Shown here one piece after another: positions 57,358 through 64,000 of a stretch of DNA of 64,000 nt. Under the pieces are notes generated by a model. The model was not told where the DNA came from. It did not search any database and worked only from the letters and a program-made list of their open reading frames with translations. Location: positions 144,933 to 208,932 of IMG/VR virus record IMGVR_UViG_3300035703_000008; one strand, 5' to 3'. The position numbers were made by a program, and so were the translations under genes. Numbering within the stretch: position 1 is the stretch's first letter; each line of letters starts with the position of its first letter.

Positions 57358-57783
57358 ATGAAACGTATATTTGCAGCATTCACCATTTACTTTGCCATGC
57401 TGGGTTCGGCCTGGGCCAATCCCTATCCAGTCAAAGTACTGCGTGTCATCGACGGAGACACCATCGAGATTGAAGCACGCTTTCTTCCACCCGAACTCAA
57501 ACAAAAACTTTCTATCCGTGTACTAGGTGTGGACACTCCAGAAAAAGGTCATCGTGCCCAGTGCCCACAAGAAGCTGCCTTGGCCGAGCGTGCGTCGGAG
57601 TACACCAAAAGCCTCATCGCTTCGGGCCAGCCCGTGGAAATCGACATCGCTGGCTGGGACAAGTACGGCGGTCGTATCCTAGGAGCGGTCCGGATTGGTG
57701 GTCAAGATCTCACACAAGGTCTCATAGCCAACGGTCTGGCTCGTCCCTACTACGGCGAGAAAAAGTCCAGCTGGTGCCAATAA
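57358..57783 (+). CDS. thermonuclease (SNase) family protein with signal peptide
   Basis: VIDGDTI, IRVLGVDTPE, DKYGGR.L, GLA..Y; MKR-hydrophobic-AWA signal peptide. Confidence 0.9.
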   Translation: MKRIFAAFTIYFAMLGSAWANPYPVKVLRVIDGDTIEIEARFLPPELKQKLSIRVLGVDTPEKGHRAQCPQEAALAERASEYTKSLIASGQPVEIDIAGWDKYGGRILGAVRIGGQDLTQGLIANGLARPYYGEKKSSWCQ

Positions 57784-57804
57784 TCAACTCGACGGTGAAC
57801 ACTC

Positions 57805-59370
57805 GTGGCTAGAAACGACGAAATAGCTCTCGTCAAGACGCCGCATCGGCGTGAAGTGTTTACCGATGAGCAGATCCGTGAGTTCGCGGCCTGTGCCGAT
57901 CCCGACACCGGCCCCATGTACTTCATGGACAACTTCTTTTACATCCAGCACCCCACTCGCGGGCGCATGCAGTACCACCCGTTTGAATATCAGCGCCGAC
58001 TCATCGACACTTATCATCAGTATCGATTCAGCATTTCGATGATGCCCAGGCAGACCGGTAAGTCAACATCTGCGGCCGGCTATCTACTGTGGTATGCCAT
58101 GTTTGTGCCTGACTCCACCATCCTGGTAGCAGCACACAAATATCTCGGCGCGCAAGAGATCATGCAGCGTGTGCGATATGCCTATGAAAACTGTCCGGAT
58201 CACATACGTGCAGGTGTGACCAGCTACAACAAAGGCAGCTTGGAATTTGACAACGGCAGCCGCATCGTCAGCCAGACCACGACTGAAAACACTGGCCGAG
58301 GTATGAGTATCTCGCTGCTCTACGCTGACGAGTTCGCGTTCGTGCGCCCCACCATAGCCACAGAATTCTGGACTTCGATCTCGCCCACCTTGGCCACTGG
58401 TGGTAAAGCCATCATCACAAGTACCCCCAACAGTGACGAGGATCAGTTCGCTCTGCTATGGAAGGGCGCCAACCGGATGGAAGACGAATATGGCAATCCT
58501 ACCGAAGTGGGACAGAACGGATTCCGCGCCTATCGAAGTTTCTGGAACGAGCACCCTGATCGCGACGAGGTCTGGGCACAACAACAACGAGCAGCCTTGG
58601 GCGTGGAGAGATTCCGTCGAGAGATGGACTGTGAATTCATCATCAACGATGAGACACTCATAGCTCCTACCACTCTCATCGATCTCCAAGGTCGGGACCC
58701 TGTGTACAAGACCGGCGAAGTTCGCTGGTTCCGTGAGCCCGTTCCAGGTCGTATCTATGTGGTAGGCCTGGATCCCAGCCTTGGTACCGGCGGCGATCCT
58801 TCGGCTATACAAGTATTTGAAGCCGACACCACCGAACAGGTAGCTGAATGGCGCCACAATCGCACAGATATCCCCACACAGGTCAGGATCCTGTCCAACA
58901 TCATACAGCACATCCACGAACGCGTCAAGGACGACAAAAGCATCTACTACAGCATCGAAAACAACACCATTGGCGAAGCTGCTTTGATCTCCATCGCTGA
59001 ATACGGCGAAGAAAACATAAGCGGATACTTTCTCAGTGAAACCGGCAGCAACAACGGGCGAAGATTCCGCAAAGGATTCAACACCAGCCACAAGCCCAAG
59101 CTGGCTGCTTGTGCCAAGCTCAAGCATCTCATTGAATCCAAACGTATGCGTATAAATTCGCCGAGCTTGATCAGCGAGCTTAAAAATTTTGTTGCATCGG
59201 GCACCGGCTACGCAGCCAAGATAGGCGAGACCGACGATTTGGTCATGGCCACTGTGTTGGTGGTGCGTATGCTGCAACTGTTGCAGAGTTTCCATTCCAA
59301 TCTCGATGATCAAATGCGCGATCACCAAGACACCATCATCGAACCCTTGCCCTTTGTCATGACCATGTAG
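57805..59370 (+). CDS. gp17: terminase large subunit
   Basis: PRQTGKS, LYADEFAF, ITSTPN, GLDPS.G.GGD.S, IENN, DDLVMA. Confidence 0.96.
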   Translation: MARNDEIALVKTPHRREVFTDEQIREFAACADPDTGPMYFMDNFFYIQHPTRGRMQYHPFEYQRRLIDTYHQYRFSISMMPRQTGKSTSAAGYLLWYAMFVPDSTILVAAHKYLGAQEIMQRVRYAYENCPDHIRAGVTSYNKGSLEFDNGSRIVSQTTTENTGRGMSISLLYADEFAFVRPTIATEFWTSISPTLATGGKAIITSTPNSDEDQFALLWKGANRMEDEYGNPTEVGQNGFRAYRSFWNEHPDRDEVWAQQQRAALGVERFRREMDCEFIINDETLIAPTTLIDLQGRDPVYKTGEVRWFREPVPGRIYVVGLDPSLGTGGDPSAIQVFEADTTEQVAEWRHNRTDIPTQVRILSNIIQHIHERVKDDKSIYYSIENNTIGEAALISIAEYGEENISGYFLSETGSNNGRRFRKGFNTSHKPKLAACAKLKHLIESKRMRINSPSLISELKNFVASGTGYAAKIGETDDLVMATVLVVRMLQLLQSFHSNLDDQMRDHQDTIIEPLPFVMTM

Positions 59371-59384
59371 CTAAATACACGATC

Positions 59385-60647
59385 ATGGAAAACAACGCCG
59401 CATCCGCCCTTTACAACCTCCTGGTCACCAAAGACTTTGAACCCGAAGCCCTGGATTCTTCAGGCAAAGCAGCCACAGACCCTGCCGAAGCCGAAATGTT
59501 CAGCTTTGATTTCCGCACACCCGATTCCAACTATGGAACTGTGGTAGTGCTCCTGGGTGCCGACAACGATCTGTCGGTGTATTTTGGCGACAATCTCGGC
59601 CGCGGCATGGATCGCGCAGATCGTAAATTCTGGTATGACTTCTTGGCACAGCTCAAGAGTTTTGCCACCCGTAACATGCTGGAATTCAATCTCGAAAATC
59701 TCAATCGGCTCAAGTATACCATGCAAGGCATGGCAGCCATACGTGAAGGCCTGTTTGAAGGCTACTACGGCACACGACGGGTGAGCTACAGCGACCAACC
59801 ACAACGCACCCGGCTCATGATACGGCACAACCGCGATCTCGGCGAAGGCGAAGCACGCCATCGCGCTATCGAATCCATATTCATCGAAAACGAAAGTGGC
59901 GAGCGTTTCCGTGTGCCCACCCGCAGTCTCACACACGGTCGCATGCTGGCACGACACGTGGCCGAAGGCGGCACTCCCTATGACGCGTTTGGACAACACA
60001 TCAACGAAGTGGTGCAAGAGATGGCCACGCTGAGCCGTTTCATCCGTGCAGCACGCAGCAAAGGGTTCCAGGGCGAAGCTGCCGGCATGATCGAAGCAGC
60101 AGTGCGGCACTATACCGATCTCAAAGCCAAGGCCAAGAACATGATCAGCCGTCGCGGATATCTCGAAGCACGAGATGGGTTTGACCCCGCTGGCAGTCGC
60201 GATGTCGAGCACACTGTGGAAAGCATACGCAGCATGTTTATCGAGCAGAGCCTGGATCAGAGAATCGAAGAAGCCCTGCCCATCTTGGCTCGCATGGCCC
60301 GTGATGGTGCTGCCGATGACATGCGCGAGATCACCGAATTTGAACAGTGGGCTGATTCTGTGCTGGAAGACTCTGATGCTGCTCTACCCCAAGATCGAGA
60401 GCGGCTAGAACAGCTCATGGGCAAGCCGCTCGCAGTGGGTCCAGACGCACTCAATGCCACTGAAGCCTTGTCGGGAATCTTTGACGACCAAGAACTGTTT
60501 GCTGAATTACAAGATCTTGCTGCCCAAGATGCTGATGCTGATGCTCGTCCTGTGATCCTGCAGTATCTCCGGGACACCGAAAGCATGGAAGAAGATCTTG
60601 ACACCGACGGTGTGATGATGACCCGTCCTTCCAACATGAGCAGCTGA
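59385..60647 (+). CDS. hypothetical late protein
   Basis: 420 aa; TAAATA at 59372-59377. Confidence 0.75.
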   Translation: MENNAASALYNLLVTKDFEPEALDSSGKAATDPAEAEMFSFDFRTPDSNYGTVVVLLGADNDLSVYFGDNLGRGMDRADRKFWYDFLAQLKSFATRNMLEFNLENLNRLKYTMQGMAAIREGLFEGYYGTRRVSYSDQPQRTRLMIRHNRDLGEGEARHRAIESIFIENESGERFRVPTRSLTHGRMLARHVAEGGTPYDAFGQHINEVVQEMATLSRFIRAARSKGFQGEAAGMIEAAVRHYTDLKAKAKNMISRRGYLEARDGFDPAGSRDVEHTVESIRSMFIEQSLDQRIEEALPILARMARDGAADDMREITEFEQWADSVLEDSDAALPQDRERLEQLMGKPLAVGPDALNATEALSGIFDDQELFAELQDLAAQDADADARPVILQYLRDTESMEEDLDTDGVMMTRPSNMSS

Positions 60648-61489
60648 TGCGCACAGCCATAGTCCAGACCTATCCTGCGCATTTTTACCAGACCCAACTC
60701 ACTTTAAAAACCCTAAGAAAATGTTATCCCGATCTCGAACACGTGATCGTGATAGCCGACACTTGGAGCGAGCTGGCATGGCCTGGATACCGTGATCAAT
60801 GCCAGAGCAGTTACGGTGAGCTGGCCGACGAAGTGTGGATGACTCGGGAAATATTCCAAGATTTTGCATGCCTGGCTGGCTGGCCGTATGCACGTCAACA
60901 GACTTTCAAGCTCTATCTCGATACGCGATTTCCACTGTCAGTTGAAGAATGGCTGTTCGTAGACGGCGATGTAGAATTCCATGCGCCCATGCCTGCTCCC
61001 GGGATAGTAGCTACAAAGTTGCGATATCAAGGTACATCATTGGAACAACGCGATCCTGGTCCTGGAGAAAACAGCAGCCAGATCACTTTTTACATACGTC
61101 GGATGCTGGGATCTCAGTGGCAGTACTGGCTAGATCCCGAAGGTTCGGACTATATTCTCACTACCACCCATCCTCCAGTCAAGCACATGCGCCGCGACAT
61201 TTTGGTGGCCTTGCGTGAGTTTGTTTACCATCAACACCGTAAAACTTTGATCGATCTACATTGGCAATTGGCCAGAGACACACGCATGAGCATCAGCGAA
61301 TGGGAACTTTTGGAAGCGTTCCGCCAAGACATCCTGGGCGAACCAGTGGATTGGATACTCAATCGCGGAGAATTCTGCTCAGCGACCTGGAGCAGTGACC
61401 GCGAATTAGGCGAAGATTGGTTCCGGGAACGGGGCATTGAGATCGACCCTGCCCTTTGGTCACAACTGCCTTTGGCAAAATATCTCTGA
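60647..61489 (+). CDS. GT-A glycosyltransferase-like protein
   Basis: GW..QQ.FKL...WLFVDGDVEF (DxD) and SEWEL motifs. Confidence 0.55.
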   Translation: MRTAIVQTYPAHFYQTQLTLKTLRKCYPDLEHVIVIADTWSELAWPGYRDQCQSSYGELADEVWMTREIFQDFACLAGWPYARQQTFKLYLDTRFPLSVEEWLFVDGDVEFHAPMPAPGIVATKLRYQGTSLEQRDPGPGENSSQITFYIRRMLGSQWQYWLDPEGSDYILTTTHPPVKHMRRDILVALREFVYHQHRKTLIDLHWQLARDTRMSISEWELLEAFRQDILGEPVDWILNRGEFCSATWSSDRELGEDWFRERGIEIDPALWSQLPLAKYL

Positions 61490-61497
61490 TATCGCTG

Positions 61498-61527
61498 TTG
61501 ACTTTGCTAAATAACACCGTGTACACT
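61498..61527 (+). promoter_or_regulatory. overlapping sigma70-type and late promoters of gp32
   Basis: TTGACT-18 bp-TACACT with TAAATA (61508-61513) in the spacer. Confidence 0.55.
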
Positions 61528-61608
61528 GTTATCAGTGTATGCACTTAGGCATGTAGTACAATCAACATACACTAGGCAACTTATAGGCAACGAAAGGACA
61601 ATCATACT

Positions 61609-62613
61609 ATGGCATCCCTAGCAGAAATCCGCGCAAGACTCGCAGCCGCAGAGTCAGGCAAAAGTGGACAATCAACTGGCGGCGACAACGCGATTTACCC
61701 TCACTGGAACATGGAAGAAGGAGCGAACGTAACAGTTCGGTTCTTGCCTGATGGCAACCCTAAAAATACCTTTTTCTGGGTGGAGCGGGCCATGATCAAA
61801 CTGCCGTTCAATGGCGTCAAGGGTGAGATGGACTCCAAGCAAGTGCAAGTACAAGTGCCTTGCGTGGAAATGTGGGGCGAAAGCTGCCCAATCCTGGCCG
61901 AAGTACGCACTTGGTTCAAGGACAAGAGTCTCGAGGACATGGGTCGTAAATACTGGAAAAAGCGCAGTTATCTGTTCCAAGGTTTCGTGCGAGAGAATCC
62001 TCTCAGCGATGACAAGACCCCAGAAAATCCCATCCGCAGATTCATCATTGGTCCCCAGATCTTCCAAACAATCAAATCCGCACTGATGGATCCTGAGTTG
62101 GAAGAACTGCCCACCGATCTCTTGCGTGGCCTGGACTTCCGTATCAGCAAAACCAGCAAGGGTGGCTACGCTGACTACTCTACGTCCAAATGGGCTAGAA
62201 AAGAAACAGCTCTCACCGAAGCCGAACAAGAGGCTCTGGAAAAACACGGACTGTTCAATCTCGCAGAATTCCTGCCCAAGAAGCCCACCGATGTAGAGCT
62301 TCGTGTGATGAAGGAAATGTTTGAAGCATCTGTTGATGGTCAGCCTTACGATCCCGATCGTTGGGGACAGTACTTCCGTCCGGCTGGCATGTCGGCACCG
62401 ACGGGATCATCAACATCAGCCCCGGCGGCTCCAGCAACAGTGGTAGAAGATCCACCCTTTGAAGCAGCCAAGCCGGCGGCTAGTTCGTTTGACGACGAGG
62501 ATGATGCCCCAGTAGCGACTGCGCCAGTGGCCAAACCTGCCAGCGGCAGTGGCGGCAATCAAAGTGCCCAGGACATCCTGGCCATGATCCGCGCACGTCA
62601 AAACAAATCATAG
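61609..62613 (+). CDS. gp32: single-stranded DNA-binding protein
   Basis: VRFLPDG, C.E.WG..CPI, G.DF.I.K...GGYADY.TS.W, acidic C-terminal tail. Confidence 0.92.
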   Translation: MASLAEIRARLAAAESGKSGQSTGGDNAIYPHWNMEEGANVTVRFLPDGNPKNTFFWVERAMIKLPFNGVKGEMDSKQVQVQVPCVEMWGESCPILAEVRTWFKDKSLEDMGRKYWKKRSYLFQGFVRENPLSDDKTPENPIRRFIIGPQIFQTIKSALMDPELEELPTDLLRGLDFRISKTSKGGYADYSTSKWARKETALTEAEQEALEKHGLFNLAEFLPKKPTDVELRVMKEMFEASVDGQPYDPDRWGQYFRPAGMSAPTGSSTSAPAAPATVVEDPPFEAAKPAASSFDDEDDAPVATAPVAKPASGSGGNQSAQDILAMIRARQNKS

Positions 62614-63228
62614 ATGTGTTTTTTAAAGTTACTAAATTGGGATATCACTGAAGATCTAAGATCTTCAGTGATAAATTCCAATTATAAAAATTTTGCAATA
62701 ACAACTTCTTCATCAAAATTAAATTCTATAAAATCAATTCTAAAAGGATATTTGGGCAGACAACATAAGTTACAAGGTTTTCAGAAAATCCATGGAATCT
62801 TTGGTCAAAATTTAGCCTCCATAGAAAACTATGCTTTACCAAAAGATTTAGAAAAAAATATTTTATCAGAAATAATGATTTTATTCGGAACCGATGAAAT
62901 ACCAGTCGTACGCCTGCAAAGAATACATGGCGGAAATAGTATACCTATACACATAGATATGACTCGCCATAGCAGTCTGATTATTCCACTGGAACATCAC
63001 GACAATAGCATCACAAACTTTTTTAAATACAATGGGGTTGATTGTCAATTAATTGATCCTTTAAGATGTGAATATTGGAAAAGCATAGAAATTGATCGTC
63101 CAACATTGATAGATACCAAAGTACCTCACAATGTTGTGCTATCAAAAAACACAGTTAGGGTTAGTATTACTGCAAAATGGCCAAATACATCATTCAATGA
63201 TTTAAAAAGGATGATATCAATTTCATGA
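62614..63228 (+). CDS. putative 2OG-Fe(II) oxygenase/cupin-like protein
   Basis: IPIHID ... LIDT.VPHNV ... RVSI (HxD...H...R); AT-rich. Confidence 0.55.
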   Translation: MCFLKLLNWDITEDLRSSVINSNYKNFAITTSSSKLNSIKSILKGYLGRQHKLQGFQKIHGIFGQNLASIENYALPKDLEKNILSEIMILFGTDEIPVVRLQRIHGGNSIPIHIDMTRHSSLIIPLEHHDNSITNFFKYNGVDCQLIDPLRCEYWKSIEIDRPTLIDTKVPHNVVLSKNTVRVSITAKWPNTSFNDLKRMISIS

Positions 63229-63476
63229 ACTTTTTGAAAAAAAGTCGGCTACATCTTAAAGAAACTGGGTGGGGATATTGGTATCATCTTTATCATAGTT
63301 TTTATCAAAGTGGTCGACTCATTGTAATTTCAATAAAATCTATTTTACATGGAATTTTTCCTTGGATTTTTACCGCGAGCGCACCACTTGGGATCTATAG
63401 GATTTACAAAGAAATTAGATCCATGCATCACGTTAAACGCATGTTTCTAGAAGAAGATAACATAAAAAAGTCTTGA
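63225..63476 (+). CDS. small hydrophobic protein (DUF6356-like by recall)
   Basis: HL...G.GY..H.......LHGIFPWIF. Confidence 0.55.
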   Translation: MNFLKKSRLHLKETGWGYWYHLYHSFYQSGRLIVISIKSILHGIFPWIFTASAPLGIYRIYKEIRSMHHVKRMFLEEDNIKKS

Positions 63477-63478
63477 TC

Positions 63479-64000
63479 ATGAACATAGTATTAATAGGCT
63501 TCAAAGAAGCGACAGTGTTGCAAGATTTATATTTTCTTATTGAAAAAAACATTGGAAAATATATAACGGTGTTAAATCCCAATGAATTTCTGGATCATGG
63601 ATCCAGCCACGACAAGATGCATCTTGTGGTCATCACACGTGATATGGAATTGAGAGAACAAGTATCAAAAAAAATTGATAACGACGGACTTCAACGATAC
63701 ACCTATATTGATCCAACTGCTATGGTTGTTGATACTGCAGAAATAGGAGAAGGATCAATTATTTTTCCTTATTCTTCGGTATTTTCTCAGGCAGTGTTAG
63801 GTTCAGATTGTATGATTAGTCCATATAGCATGGTATCTCATAAATCTGTGTTAGGACAAGGTGTAGTCATGCAGCCTTATTCGATTGTCGCTGGATCCAG
63901 TTACTTGGGAAATTGGTCAAAAATGAATGTGAGATCGTTGATATTGGATCAAATAAATGTTGTTGATCGCTGCGAAATAGGTGCAGCATCGACTGTGAAA
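63479..64000 (+). CDS. hexapeptide-repeat sugar acetyltransferase (NeuD/PglD-like), 3'-truncated; absent from the ORF track
   Basis: manual translation MNIVLIG...YIDPTAMVVDTAEIGEGSIIFP...SH.SVLG...EIGAASTVK, open to the window end. Confidence 0.8.
   Translation, partial: MNIVLIGFKEATVLQDLYFLIEKNIGKYITVLNPNEFLDHGSSHDKMHLVVITRDMELREQVSKKIDNDGLQRYTYIDPTAMVVDTAEIGEGSIIFPYSSVFSQAVLGSDCMISPYSMVSHKSVLGQGVVMQPYSIVAGSSYLGNWSKMNVRSLILDQINVVDRCEIGAASTVK

Noticed and set aside
57805-59370. Intein or intron in terminase, portal, capsid or gp46
   Set aside because: Lengths are typical, motifs are contiguous, and there are no intein splice motifs
1-64000. Stop-codon reassignment as seen in some large phages
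   Set aside because: Core genes are full-length in the standard code and TAA, TAG and TGA all serve as stops

Overview
This window is 64 kb of a large T4-superfamily (gp23-type) myophage genome, read with the standard genetic code. It holds most of the virion module: gp26-like hub/chaperone, tape measure, gp20-gp21-gp22-gp23 head genes, a ~13 kb tail-fibre cassette, gp13/14/15, gp18, gp19, gp4, a putative terminase small subunit and gp17. Replication, recombination and nucleotide genes are gp46, a Holliday-junction-resolvase-like nuclease, a DEDD exonuclease, a dNMP kinase, a 5'-nucleotidase and gp32. Accessory genes are interspersed: three radical SAM enzymes, an SDR, apt, an ATE/GNAT-like protein, SGNH, Nudix, a secreted thermonuclease, glycosyl/acetyl-transferase-like proteins and an HNH homing endonuclease. 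A TAAATA late-promoter motif precedes more than 20 genes, many of them apparently leaderless. The most notable unexplained items are: (1) a ~455 nt ORF-free, densely base-paired locus at 4576-5031 with a bipartite direct repeat, a candidate large ncRNA or origin; (2) a candidate -1 ribosomal frameshift fusing the gp26-like gene to its downstream ORF; (3) a modular head protein that looks like a gp21-processed polyprotein; (4) a riboswitch-like leader at 20192-20269. All family assignments come from motif recognition by eye, not database searches.
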